This document shows, in pieces, positions 39,152 to 54,100 of a stretch of 64,000 nucleotides of DNA (position 1 is the first letter of the stretch; each line of letters begins with the position of its first letter). Source of the DNA: Iphione sp. A-MEVVRFRX5 (lineage: Eukaryota); NCBI GenBank assembly GCA_976226885.1, contig OZ320317.1, forward strand, positions 78,120,001-78,184,000, given 5' to 3'. The position numbers and the translations under genes are program-made. Under the pieces are notes generated by a model that ran no database searches, was not told the DNA's origin, and saw only the letters and a program-made list of their open reading frames with translations.

Positions 39152-42100
39152 AGCCTATATCCCTCTCTTCGTCGCTCTGTACATTATGTCAAGTAGTCCA
39201 CTGTCAAGATACCCAAATTGTATTGACATGACTAATTGTTGGCTTAACCGGCCTACTTTACGTGTTATATAATACTTTGGTCGCTGACACGTAAGAAAAC
39301 GAAGGTCTGAGGCTGCATCAACAGTACTTTACTGACAGCGCCATATGCAGTTCCCTCTAGACAGTATCCGTCATAAATAATGTGACTACATCTTAAAGGT
39401 GAACTTAGATGAATAAAGATGAATGCAAATGTGACCCGATGTGAGTTTCAATATGACCTGACATTGTCATAGATTTGTATAAAAACGTACATTAAGGAAA
39501 TTATGCGGAACACATGTGTACGGGCTCCACTGAGCTAATTTTAACCCCCGCTGGCCTAGCTGACAACGTATGTCACATGTTATGCTGTCTCCCTTCAATA
39601 CTGCCATATATGTGCCCGTCGCTTACGCTTACCTTTTGTTTAGAAGAATGGTCGGAGGATTGACGCATTTGCCTAAATCAATTGCTTATGGATATCCTTG
39701 CCCTAGTCTAGGTTTAGGGGATCGTCAACGACAATACAGGGGACATTACTCTTATACTCATCGTTTGACGTCTGCCAACATAAATTCATATTAACATGGG
39801 ACCGCTGGCCCTCCTGCCGTGGTGGTGACTGCTGAGCGATGGGAGGTGAAGCTGGGGTTATGCCAGGGTCAGGGAGGCGGTATTTCTGTAAGGGAGGGAA
39901 ATGGAGTTCTGTGCGGGAGGTACCTTGATAGTTTAGACACTGGACAAGGCCTTGCTACCCCAGCACACCACACACCGGCAGATGTCGATCCTAAGACTTT
40001 TATATGGATATCGTCAGTATCATACGCCTTTTTTTGTTAACTCTTGCTACTGTGGGGTGACGATGGACAGAGCAGTAGGGAAGGCTACGAAGAGGTCATC
40101 TTCAAGGCATGCTGTCTGACTAAGTGGCTTGGCGGCTGGATCGGTCCACAGCATCGGAACATCGTAAGCAACGAGACCATAGCAATAGGCCATATATATT
40201 TATATGTATAGATATATATGTGTGTGTGGATCGGAAATCACATCAGCATTATATGACCTCGCTTGGAGGGATCCCCAGGGGCACAAAACAAAGATAGAAG
40301 TTTTTGCTTATAGATCACAATAATGGAAAGCCATAAAAACAGCTGAGATAGCATCGTAACCGAAAAAAACTAGTAGAAGTTCAAAGTCCATGGCCACAAA
40401 ATCAGCATCTCATACACTTAGTAATATGTAGTAAAACTTTTTAACCGATGAGGCAATGACATTTCAATTTGAAAATTGCCTTTTAGTTAACGAGAAATCC
40501 CTTGGTCATGAAGGACGCGCAAAAACGCCCAGCCTTCTCAGCTTCCCACATAACAAATCCGGCCCTGAGGACCTCCCGCGGGAAGGTCAGCTCTACATTA
40601 AATAATCTCGATATATCACATTAGCCGCTGGCCACCGGCTTCTCTCCCTATTAAATCTACCCTCTGTTGATGTGAATCGCAGCGTAATCTCCAGAGGCAT
40701 AAATGATACAAACTTGCTTGATAAAACTGCCGCCTCGCTCAATGCTGGGGACGTAAAAGGCCCGCACAGTGCGGTATAAGTGAAGGGTGTAGCTCAGCTA
40801 AATCGAATTGAGATGGCAGGGGTTAGCGACCCAACAGCGAGCAGATCTAATCATTATTGACCTTCAATGAGCAGCTCCGCTCCTGTGGAGCGGACGGGGG
40901 CCGAGCTTGGCCGGGCAGACGTAGAAAAAGTTGGGTCAGGCAGGTCGCCACCTTGATTCATACCTGCAACGGTCGGCGGCCGGCTTGCTGGCGTTTTAAT
41001 GCGTTCTCTATTAAGTCAGCGTTTCCCGACTTGACTCAAATTACTCCCCGGTCGACTGAAAAAAACACGCCACCTTATAAGGAAAAATTGATGAACGTCC
41101 TTTTAATATTGGATGCCACATTTGATTAACAAAGGATCATTTTTCGGCAAATTACTCTCTACCGACAAGCGGAGCATGAAGATAGCGGCAAGAGAGGTCG
41201 ATGGTTGGATAGGTGGACGCGGAACTGAGCAAAACCATCATCAAACGCAAGTTAAACGAGAGGTGTAAAAAAACATGAAAATATTTTAATACATACTTAA
41301 AGTAGGTCTATTTCCGGGAATGATTGTCTTCTCGGAATGGAAGGGAGGAGACTGCGCCAGGACCGATTTATTATCGAGACAATGTATGTATAGGTGGGCC
41401 GTGTATAGAGGAGGAAGAATGGCGAGTAAGGTGTGTTAAGTCTAGTAGTATTTGTTGGCTTTAGAGGCTTATTCCAGACCTTGCCTTACTGTCCCTCAGG
41501 CGTATCTCACCGGTGGACCATGCTGCCTTGGCAACGTTAATAGTACCTACAAACGGCGCCAGGGGCGGGCACGGTAGCTCCTTCTTCTCCCTCGTTAGTC
41601 GCTCTATTGGCGCCTGTCGCCTTTAATCAACAGCAGTAAGTCATGACTCTCTCTCTCCCTTAGCTCCATCAACAAGTGTAGCGTCGGAGTAACTCAAGCA
41701 CTTTACCTTTAGGCCTTCCTTAGGTGTACCAGGGCGGGTGAATGTAGGACATCTGGCCTTTGCAATAGAGTAAGGGAATACGTTTTTTTTATTATAGACA
41801 CATCTGTACGCCAATCTCGGTGTCTCTTTGCTCATTTCAGCAAAGTTGTGTTCGGATGCATGCGAGGATTGTTAGAACTAAGAGTCAACAACACCCGATT
41901 TAAAGAGCTTACGACCAAGACAAACTTTGCACATCTAAAGATGAAATCTCGCCACACGAGTTGCCTGCTAAATATCCGCGCCCATCATACTGAACTTGGT
42001 CATAACTGGAAAAAAGACTGTCCAAACCTTCGAATTGTTCGAAATGCATCTTGAAGGATAATTCTAAGCATTAAGGTTTCTAAAAGTACTAGTTCTGACA

Positions 42101-45100
42101 TGAAATCAGAGATGCCGTTATGAAGGATTAAAACTAGGATTAGTGTCTTTAAGGAGGCTTTCACTCTACCTTATCGTATCATTCGAAGACAAAATATAGC
42201 CACAAAGCATAAAAGTGGGACTGGGCCGGCCGTAAACATCCGAATTTATGACCGGATTTACAGGAAACAATTCTTGTTTGTGAGTTACATTCCAGTAGCT
42301 TTACCTGAATGGAGACCACTGTAATAACGCCAACACCGTCCTGTGATTAAATGCGTGTTGGTGAAAGTCTACCTGCTGTACTTGGCGATATTAAGTCTAT
42401 CACTTATTTACTTATACATCAGATAGCCACGAAAGATTCTAACAGTACACCGGTGTAGAATTATGAAAGAAAACATCAATTGTAGATAACATTGGAAAAT
42501 GAGACAAATACGCTTCCGGATGATTATTACTGCAGTTCAAAATGGATTACTGTTTAAAATGGATTACTGTTCTCAGCAGGACATACGTTACACTTTTACA
42601 TTGTGTAAGTGCTTGAAAGATAATTTGTGTCATATAATTACCTTAGTAGATTCTTTCTCAGGGAGAATTTCCTAATTAGAATTTTTAAAGCATGATTATT
42701 TCCTTTTAGGCCTTTTTGCTATTCATGCAGTATTTTAGCCCATGTGACTTGGTTCTCATGTTTCCTACAGCTCAACACATTTTCACAATACACTGGAGCA
42801 GTGATGCACATAAAAAACAACAACCAACCAACACATCCAAAGAACTATCGGCAACGCTACCACGCATCTATCATCCTAAAATCTGTTCACAGAGCCTTCC
42901 AATAAGCAACGCACACACTGGTGCACTCCTACACGTCTAGAACCTCTCTGCTCTTGGAGAGCTGGAGGTTCGACGTTGCACGAACCGAACACAGAGCCTT
43001 TTAAAGGCGACATTTTGTGGAATGAAAAAGGATGGGACTACGCTGTAATGAGTCTCTAAGGAAGTGTAGTGACAGTGTTACATGTCAACGCTCCCCCCTT
43101 AGTGCCTGATGTGAGCATTTAAATCCCCAGAAACAGATGCTTGGGTGAGCTGCTCATTGGAGCAATACGGTTTCAACTGTCTCTCAACTTGTCCTCTCAG
43201 TGGATTCATTTTTATTTCACACGATTCATTTTTCTTCTTCATCCTGCGCATTCTGTCCACCTTTGGCTGTGTCCATAATTGCTTCGAGAGTTTTTGAGGA
43301 GTAACCCAACTCCCTCCTGTGCATCTGTTCCCAGTGTTGTTGTGTTTGTTTTGTAATCTCCGTGTGTTAATCAGATTCCTCGACTGAGAATTTCTTATGT
43401 TGCTATTTCTTGGACACACGCGCCGCAATTCACATGTTCTAATGACCACATAATTTCTACACAAAGAGTACTTATTTATAATGTAAATAATGTGCTAATA
43501 TCACTTACAACTGTCGGTGATAATAGCAAAATGAGAGACCAAATGGACGACCCTAGGAAACCACAACAAATGAAAACAAAGCCGTATAGATTATACCACT
43601 TTATACATGCAAAGCATTTAAGACCAACGAATGTTCCATTGATTGAACGTAATGCGAATTTCTCCTTCATTACTAGGTGAGAGCGGTGCTGGCAAGACAG
43701 AGGCGTCCAAGATCATCATGCGCTACATTGCGGCTGTCACCAACATAAGTGGCCAGAAGGAGATCGAGAGGTAAGCCACATCCCCTGTACATCTATTCCC
43801 CTGGTAATCCCATCTCCGAGGGAAGCATCGCCCAGCGGGACGGCCCGCCTCGTGTGCTGCATAAAGCGTCGAGCGCTGGAAAAATAGAAACAATCCTTTA
43901 TGTAACACTAATAGACACAATTTTCCCGCACGTAAGAGGCAAGCCCTCAACACTTCACCGTTGTTTACGCTCTGACAGGACCTTATCGACGAGACGAGCC
44001 TCTCGTCCGCTGATCCAATACCGCCTCTCGTCTTGCGGTAAGAAACATCCGTAGAGAAAGAGCTTACGTGCGATTAGTGTATGCGTCCAAATGAGAATGA
44101 CGGAGATGCGGAACAGCCACTGAAGTAGTGCGGCGGATTTAAGAGAACGAAATAGTGGATTTGGAGAGGCAATCTAAGGGATAGAACTGGGCGCCTTGGT
44201 GAATGACGTCTGAATTGAGTGCGCCCCAGTCCTTATGCTGCCAATCAACGATTGTACAACTAAAACCAGTCTTGAAGGAATTGTTTAAGATAGAAGGCTT
44301 GTTGGGACCAGAGCTGATTCTTTAACACTTAAAGCCATAGGTAGGATACGTGAGCTATAACTTGAAGCTTAAATTAAGATTGGGTCCTACTTCACTTGTC
44401 TAATGTCTCATCATTCTGAGAAGAACCTCTGTTAACTGATTATTTAAGTAAGAGATCATAATTGTGCTTGACCGCGATTGAGTTTACGCATTATAGCTTA
44501 CAATTAGCGGAAAAAACATAGAATAATGCTTAAGGGCCATTGATGTCATCGCATGTTTTTCAATCAATACTTTTCTATCTTGAACCATAACCACTACTGA
44601 AAATTAATTGGCGGCATTACCTATTCATATTGAAATTCTTTATTTAAAAAAAATCAGTCATATATAGTACACATAAGATATTACTTTGACGCTCAGACAT
44701 ATACCGGTATTATCCCCCAATTTAGATTCACTATCCCTTCACTCGTTTTACTCCCCATTTTTTCGGGGGAGAACAGTCTTTGCTAATGCGCTGGGGTTAA
44801 CGCCGCTCTGAACGACAGCGGCGCACACTGTGTAGACAGTGACAATTGTGGGGATCTGCCGGCAGGAGTAACTCGATTCCAAATTAAGAAGACGGCATAT
44901 GGTGCTGGTCGGAGTGACGGTGCTAATCGTACAGCACTGTGCACAGGCTAACTAGATGGCCGCCTCCAGGTCCTTCCGCTGGGAAGGCACATACATTTCC
45001 CCAGATCAGTAACGCTTGCGACAGGAACATCTCGGCGTTGCCTATTGCGGACGCTTTACGCTAATTATGGACCTCGATTAAAATGTAGTCGATATTCGGT

Positions 45101-48100
45101 CTCGTCCAGCCTCCCATGCGTTATATGAATTCACCCCCCCCCCCTCACTCATACAGATGGTTCAGAACGAAGTTAATTCTCTATCATCATATGAGGAGTT
45201 TTCCTTCATAAGCATCCCACTTTCAGAGGAATGAGTGCAGAGTATCACAGCACTGCCTTTGAAACAAACGACTGGACCTCATAAGCATATTTTCTCGGCA
45301 GGGCGCCGCATCCTTCTTCAGATATCCCCTAGCCCATCGTGATATTAAATGCCCTCTCCTTTTCGTCATGCCTTATATCGTATCCATAATGTCCTCTCCA
45401 ACGTTTAAGGACATCACTTATTTATTGTTATATTCCACCAGTCTTCTTTATAAATAAATCCTTATCAACGGAGCCTACCACAACGACTTGATGAATAAAG
45501 GTAACCTCACCCTGTCAGCAGTGGCGTTGTACCCCATCCACGTAAACACGAGGCCGTACGCACTGAAAAAAAACATAACTTGCTAGCAGGCGGAGGGGAG
45601 GAGTTGATGAGGTGGCGTTGAGAATGGAAGACATACGAGAGACCGTTTTTCCAGCACAACTTAAAGTGTGACCAATCAAGTTAGGGGGTCTAGAAGTGGG
45701 GAAATCTACCTACTCTTGGAAGGGCAGCAAAGCGGACCGACAAGGCAGCATGTGGGAGATGGAGGAGATGAAAGGCTAGACTCGGTGTCCGACGTTTAAA
45801 AAAACAACCGACGTGGAAGTAGCTGAGTAGGGAGCGAGATCGATGGGAGCGACTTTACTCGGATACATGCGGGCATTTCTTCTTGCAGAGGGCGTTCTAG
45901 GGAGTAGGGATGGTGAAGTAAAAGGATAAATGGATGAGGGACTATGAATGGCGCAGCGGCTCGATGCGCAAAGGTCCCCACCGTAGCGCCGCTTGTGGCG
46001 GAGCAACAGGAGGAGAAAGAAGAATGAATGGCGGAGAGTCTCAAGAGAAGAATTAGACGTGTGAGTCGATGATATTTTGTTGTCAGTGGTGTCTGATGTA
46101 TCACGAGGAGCAGGTGTCCTTAATGAGTCAGGCTCACAGGATACGAAATGTTGTGCGGAAACACATTACTTTGGGAGAGGTTAGGATGGATAAGAGCTGA
46201 TGGGCGCATATGTGCGTGTGTATGTGTATTTTGTGTGTGGGCGAGAGAGAGAGAGAGATGGAGAAAGCGGCATGTCTGAGCGGTCATGGATTTCTGTGGC
46301 CGGCAGCCAGATAAACACGTCCACTTGTATATACTACTTACAGATGTCCTAGCACTCGGCTGTTCTCCCCATCAGTACGGGTGGCGGTAACAACCAACAT
46401 TACTTATACAGCGATACACAAGGGAAACCAAAATAGCTCGAGCACTGAGGACAAATGCTCGGGGTGGACGATCATGGCAAGACCAGTCTCTGCTTTTCCC
46501 TGTGCACCTTTACTTTAGCTGTAAAGAAGGAAATCTGCTAAGGATGAGCCATATTTTTTTAACAAACCATTGGGTTTTTATATGAATATTCCACCATTAT
46601 TCTTTCACTTTCATACGCCCCTTGCTTCACATTTACTCAAATGAAAATTCCGATCATTTTAACTTTGGCAGGATATGTACTTAGGAAACCAATTACTCCA
46701 GTAAAAACCCAGCACATTGAGTATAGATATTGTATTCTTATCGAGGTTCAAAATGAATATAGAGGGGAGAAGTTTATATTGCCTCTGCAAAGCGTAGTAA
46801 TAACTGATCACATACTATGTCTTCCCACTCAACTTTTCTCATTTGCCTGATTGAGCTCTTAATGACACAGCGCTGAATAGGACCCAATACCTGCAATAGC
46901 GGAGGTCTTTGTTTAGCCGGTGGAAAATAATCTCACGGACAAAAGCTCTCAGCAAAATCATTTCCCCGAAGATTGAATATGATCGCCTCTCCGGATCACG
47001 TGACGAATGCAGCTGGGTTAGACAGACGAGTAGGGTGAACAGGCAAGGAGGGGGGGGGAGACAGATGAGACGTAGAGAAGTGGTAATTGGGAAGGGGGGC
47101 AGGTGGGGGGGAAGCTATGGGGAAGCATGGTAAGACAAACACGTAGGGCAGAGAAGGTGTGGAGGAAGAAGTGGAGGAGCTGGTTATTGTACGACCGATG
47201 AGGTAGAACGGGAGTGGCAGCGAGGATCCCATGAAGGATATAGGTTAATGTGAAAAGAAACATTAATTTTACGGGTTCAAGGGAGTCAGTCACACCGAGT
47301 AAACTGTAAAGTGCAAGAGAAGCTAGGTAATTGTGGTAGAGCAGAAAAATAGAATGGGATAGAAAAAAAGACGAGGAGATAGAGTAGGTTCGGCATCGCT
47401 ACCAAAGGAAGAACTATACGGTATTGTTCAGGGATTTGGGGTCAGTACTGCGTGAGATACACTGAGAGGGTTTGCATGAAATGGATGTATGAGCAGAGAG
47501 GTTCATGTGATATGGGGGGGGATTAAAGACAAGAGCAGCATACTGTGCCAACTCTATGGTATTGGTCAGTACATATGTGGTGCAGCTATACAAAGGATAC
47601 ACACCATAAGATAACTACACATGTAGTTCTGTCCTTACTCAATTATTTATGCTTGTATAAGTCTGTATTTCTGGAGAGATTTCTGCTGCTATAAGACAGA
47701 GACAGTCTGGTACGCATTTAGCGGCATGGTGTGTATCACAAAAATACTGAATCTTTAAGAACGGGGCAGGATTTCAGACTATATGCAAAGTCATCAGATG
47801 TTAACCACGAAGGCAGGAAGTATGCAGGCAATTGGAGAGGTGTTCGGCGGTCAGGGAAATACTGTCCAGCAAGAGGAGAAGGGATTCTAATGTGTGTGGC
47901 ATACAATGTAGTCGAGAAGGGGGAGACATGTCCTCCTCAGCAGGGACCGATCAGGTTGGTCGCTTGTCAACGTCTTACCTTTCCCTCACGGTTCGCCGTC
48001 AGCTACACACCTGCCTACCCACTCACTCATCGCCCCTCCCCCGACAGAACAGTACCCACCCCTTGACAAGCCGTGGCCATCCTGTGCCTCGAGAGAGGCT

Positions 48101-51100
48101 TCGGTTTGTTTTAAGTGTGGGGTAGGGGAACCTTGTAAGCTGGAGCCGACAAGAACACACCATCGGTCGGGCCGCTATGATCACAAAGTCTGCAGCCACC
48201 AGATCCTGCCTACTGTCAGGACGTCGTGTATCCCATTAGTGAGGGCTTCCCTCGGGCCCTTGTAATCGGCTTTGAATTCAACAACCATTGCCAGGTTCCA
48301 TTGGATGGCGTATTTCTCGTTTTTTGTTACTTTCTCTCTGTCTCTCTGTCTCGTATTCTCCCTCACTCTCTCCTTTCTCCTCATCTCTGTTATTCCCTCA
48401 TTCCATCTCCTACTTCCACGCTCGCATGTAATTTTCTATCTGAGCCTTGTCCCTATACATATGCTTTACACTTTATGATTTTCCCATTTACCTAGTTTAA
48501 ATTGTCCCTGACTGAACCATCTCTTTTACTATTCTTTTACCTATTCCATAAATTGACTGCTGTCTGTCTTCACTCACTAGCATCCCTGTAGTTCATCAGG
48601 CTCTTCCTCTCCTTTCTCCACGTTGTCTGGATACACTACAGCGGGCGTGCTTCTCGTCATTAAAAGGGAACCTCTCCTGCGGATATTCTACGAGGAGGCG
48701 TACCCATTGGCGTGTTTGTCGGCACGTTGAGAGTCCCAGCTGCTATCTAAAGATGTATATAGCTTCCTCACCAACTATCTACATCTTCTACCTCTCGGGT
48801 TCCCAACATGTTCCCAACATAGGGCCGACAGGAATGGTGCTTCCCGTGACCATCTGTAGTTCTGCTTTAAACCACCGATTCATCTAGTCCCTTTTTTCCA
48901 TCTTGCACTCTTTATGAAATGATGTTCCACTGAAAGATTCTACGTGTCGGTTTGTTAAATAATGCAGCGTACTCTGTGTTTCGTTGAAAACATTTTTTCT
49001 AGGAGTTTCTTTATAGTTGATGTCGGTCGAAATGTTCCAGTAAGTTCTTTTTATACGCCTGTTATGAGGTTTAAATACCTACATTATATCATTCAAATAC
49101 CGTATCATGCTCTTTTGTCCCGACAAACTAGGAAGTTTACAGTATAAAAGAAATGTAGACCGTTTCCCGATGTCATTATATATTTTGTAAATTATACGTT
49201 GTATATAACTGCTATGCTCCTGGTATATTTAACATGGTTGGCTGATGTATAAGTCTGTTCTTCAATATCATAGAGCAGTCTATAAAATATCTCTTTCTGC
49301 AGTAAAAACAATTGAGCTGTTGCTCATCTGTATGGGGTTGATCCACCATGTCCTAGTGATAAAATGTACTCCCTCTCCTTGAAAAAAAAAACCAAATTGA
49401 TATGCCCTTCCGGTAAGTTGCACGGGTCGTTTACGTCCAACATAAGCCAAAGCTGACTAGCAATGGCGAACCTGTATCCGAAACTGACCAGCTGTGGCAG
49501 GGCATGTTGAGATAAATTTCAATGCTGGATGCTACTAGATCTGGCAAACAGAGCCGCCAGGTGGCAGCCTCGGAGATACCGACGGAAACACGGGTAAGCT
49601 TCCACCGCCGGTGCGTGCTTGCACTGTGAATGGTTATCCTTAGTGCCAAGTACTTGCCGCCGACGGTTGGCCTGCAAAGACCAGCTTGGCTTCCTGGTAA
49701 CTTGTACGTTTTACGTAATATGTCGTCGATAAAACTGGAATATGGATGATCAAGAACACTTAACATTTTCTTACCCTCTATCCGCGGAAACCAGGCTAAC
49801 CATTTTTTTAGGGGGTGGGGGTGGGGGGTGCCGGCGGGGTAGATGTGTGGAGCACGTGTACAATCCCACAGGCTAAATGCTTCAATGCCTTAGTCTGCAT
49901 CGTCAATGTCAGTAAATAATATACATAATATACACAGTATTTGCATAAAACCTTTCGCAACTGACCATTGTGCTGGGAAGCTTGGATACTATCCATATAA
50001 TTTCAAGGCAACAAGCGCCTCCAGTGTTTGCAATCGGGTAGGGCGAGCAGTGAGGTTTTGTTAAGGTCCCTGATTGTGGACACCCACCGTCTACACAGGC
50101 TTAATATTACACAGTCTATGCAATGAGCCGATCACCAGCGATGAAAGAAACGGGTAGCACAGACGTAACTTTTACAAATTAATACGTCATGACGCAAATC
50201 GACCAATCAAATGGCTCAAAATTGTGACAATGTCACACTTATGTAAAAATTATGTCTGCACTACCCACTACTTCAACGTTCAGCGATCAGTCCATGATGC
50301 AGGAAGTCAGATGCCTACACCAGCAGAGTCTGTCTTTTTTCAGTAATAATCTGTAATACCAAATACCCTAATATCACAATGTAAAAATATTTACATAACT
50401 TATTATATGAACATAGAGAAAGAACAGTTAAGCAAATCACATTTTCATGACACATCTGGTATTACAAACTACTTTGGGACAATTGTTACAAATGTAATGT
50501 AACAATCCTTTCCATTCGGCAAATGGTTTGCAGCTAGGAAAATGTACAAATTAGCAGTTAGGACATTTATCTAAAACCAAGTGCAAGATGGGCCGTGTAC
50601 AAGCTTCGCAATTGTGGGTCCATTTTATTTCCCGTTTGACTCAATATGATATAACACCATTAAATAAATACATGTATAGGGGCTGGATCATTCCGATTCA
50701 CATATTAAATATCAATACACTTTGGTATACATATGAACGTAGAGAGGCAGAAAACAGTATATCAAGCTTTGCTTTCACATAATCTTGCTTCCTCCTTGTA
50801 GGGTAAAGACGATCCTGCTCCAGTCCAACTGCATCTTGGAAGCATTTGGGAACGCCAAGACCAACCGCAATGACAACTCCAGTCGATTCGGCAAGTACAT
50901 GGACATCAACTTCGACTTCAAGGGCGACACGATAGGCGGTCATATCAACAACTACTTGCTGGAGAAGGTAAGCTTTCCGATTCCGATATGCTTTTATTGA
51001 TTGCTTTCAAAGAAAAGTGAATAGGTTTGCGGTTGCGGTTGCGTCCAGAAGTCTCGGCACTGCTCACGGGTGAAATGGAAAACATTCATTTCGATATTTT

Positions 51101-54100
51101 ATTTCCATCTACATGTATTAATTAATATTATGATCTGCAGATAGGAGTGTGACTTCCATGTTAACATTCTTTTACTGTTTTCTTCCTTTTCTTTCTACAT
51201 TCTTGACTTCTTTGTCTTAAAACGTAGTATTAGCTCATAGTGTCAACCGTTAAGAGTTCGTGTCATTTTAACGGCATGTATTTCCTACTACATGTATATT
51301 TAGATAGCGCTGATAGACGACAGTCAGAGATTTTCAAGTAGCTTTTTTGGCTGAGCAAGTAATATCTATTCATGATAGATGTAGTCGATCTGCATATAGA
51401 GTACGTGTGTAGATATAAAACACTCATTATAAATTCATTTGATTTTTTTCACTTATGCATTCTAAGCTCCCTCACTGGCAATGGTCATTTGAAGCAGTGG
51501 TTTAGGAACTGTGCCGATAATGCGAAGTCCTGGCTCGGACTATCTCGTGGTTTTCCCCCATAAAATAATGTAATTTCTCGTATTTTCCTATCATTTCAGG
51601 ACTAAAATAACAAATAACAGTACTAACTGTTGGCTTCCTGTGCCTTCTTGCACATCATAAGCGTTACTGTGCCATAGTACAGATGATCTGATTTTGATCC
51701 TCACCGATAATGACATCACCGCTCATGTGTTTGATTCTAAAGGCCTTTTACGAACCCCTTTGACCAAGCATTGGTCCACTTAATCATGGCGAAACTAAAC
51801 GAATTCGCGGTGTTTTAAAGCTCGGTCGAGTGATTTGCAGAGCTTGTAAGTAGCTGGCCTCGAGCGGCATTAAGATGATAATTTAATGGTCTCTTCAACC
51901 ATGAAATATTCATAAGGTCTAAACACTGGCGGATAGCAATCCTTCTTTGCCAAGCATCGCCCACTCAAAGAATACTCTCGAGCCTCGTGACAAAACGATT
52001 AGCTTCATGGCTGTATTTTTCGGCGAGCTTCCTGCCCAGAACCACTGACGAAAAGTGCATATAGATTACTATGGTGTAACCTTTTTTTATTAGATCCTTA
52101 TTAAGTCTACCGCCAGGGGGCAGGTCTTTGTGGGCAGAGCCCCCTTGGTGGAGATTCTCTCACTAATGGGAATCGCAGCACGTCCATTACCAACGGACAT
52201 GACGCCTGGACCTTGGCGGAAATGACGCCTCTACTTCCTTCCCCGACCCTCCCTTCTCCCCCGCCACCGTGGATCACAGAATACAGATCCTATAATAACC
52301 AGAATTCTTGCAGCCTGTCATGTCTGTGCGCTAACATCTATGTCTCTGTGTTGTTTAATACTCTAGGTATGCCTCTTTCCCAATAGTCTTATTTCTACTT
52401 CTTTTTATACAGTTCCTATGCCCCTTGGCTCTATCTTTACACTATTATGTCAGTTTCTCTATATATGTAACCTCAGCTTAAATCCTATGTCTCTGTCTGT
52501 GTAGCCTGTCTTCCGCATTTACTCTTTGCTTATACATGTACCTGTTTTTTCCAAGACATCTCCTTTTAGGCTTCCCTTGCCTCTACTCATCTCTCTGTGT
52601 TTTGTGGCTTTCTCGCTACTTTTATTAATTAATTGTGGATCTCCTTAGTCATGCCTTAATTTGGTCCATCTTTGTCTCCATCCTTTCCCATCTACCTTTA
52701 TGTCCAGGTTTTTCTCGGCTATTAATTAGCATTAATCTCGTGGCTGACGTCGCTGTAAACATCGTAAGGTTCATATATACGTACGTGTATGTACCTAAAA
52801 TACATATAGGACAGTTTATCAACTGGATCTCGCACATATGATGATAGTAGTAATTATGATAGTATTCGTAGCTTATATTATAACTTTCCTGTCACAGTCG
52901 CGCGTGGTCCACCAGCAGGCGGGAGAGAGGAACTTCCACGCTTTCTATCAGGTAGGACAACCTCTGTAGAACATGTTATCTTCAGTCATTCAATATTTAA
53001 GTAGCCCGTGATGTTACAGTGAAAACGAATACAGAATTATTTTTAGCGACGTTGCTACTGTTTCCTAGCTCATTTCGAGAAGATTCGTGCGGAGAAAAAT
53101 AGTAAAACGGCTGTCACAAAAAAAGTTAATGTAAACGCCCTTCTAGTCTAAGATAATATCTGCTTAGCCAAAGAAATTTAAACTAGTCATGAACAGCTTT
53201 AAAAAGAACGTGGGAAGGGGTGTGTCGTGCAGCTTAAGAATATATATGCACACAAGAGAACTATGTGATTGATATTTTTGCCTATGTTGACATTGATGAG
53301 GTTGTTACTTTCAGCTATTGTACGGAACGCCGGAAGCCAAACTAAAGGAGCTGAAACTGGTGAAGAATCCTAAAATCTATCATTACCTAAACCAAGGAGG
53401 AGAATCCAAGGTAAGGCCACCTCCAATGAGCCAAATATGGCGTCTGTAGCCAGGAACCTTGAAGACAGAGGCGGGTGGTCCCCCCAGTATACCGTAGATG
53501 TGCGTCTATGTTGTATTAACAGTGTAGGTCATGTCAGAGACTATGGAAATTATTAAACCTGTTTGTCGTTTATATATATATATGTACATGGATATATTTA
53601 TTTGATTAGATTATAGTTGACTTGTACAGTATCCATGGGAGAATACAGATCGAACTGTCTTTAAAAGCGTACAACAGAAACCCCCGCCTTTCAACACGAC
53701 AAACAACAGCTTCCTTGTTTCATTTCGGAAGGTCCCATGCTCTCTGGACATATAAATAACCATCCTCATTATAGGCATTCTGATATAAGTATTTCATTTT
53801 TCGTTACTGCTGGCATGATTTCGGGTTACCCATGCTGTTGCTTTAGCAGCACCAGTGCAGCAAACTAGTGTAGTCTTAAAGGGACCTGTTTACGACTAGG
53901 TTATATGTTGCATGAATAAGATGGAGTGTTATCTTTCCCCTATGGAGACATGCAGAGGATACATTCATCTACAGCCAAATATATCATGCATGTGTGAACC
54001 TGCTATTCATGTATGCAGATTGGATCGACATTAGCAGTAAAGTGATGGTGTGCCAAAAGCATGTCAAATATTCATGTAAAATGTTCAGTCTATTCCCCTT

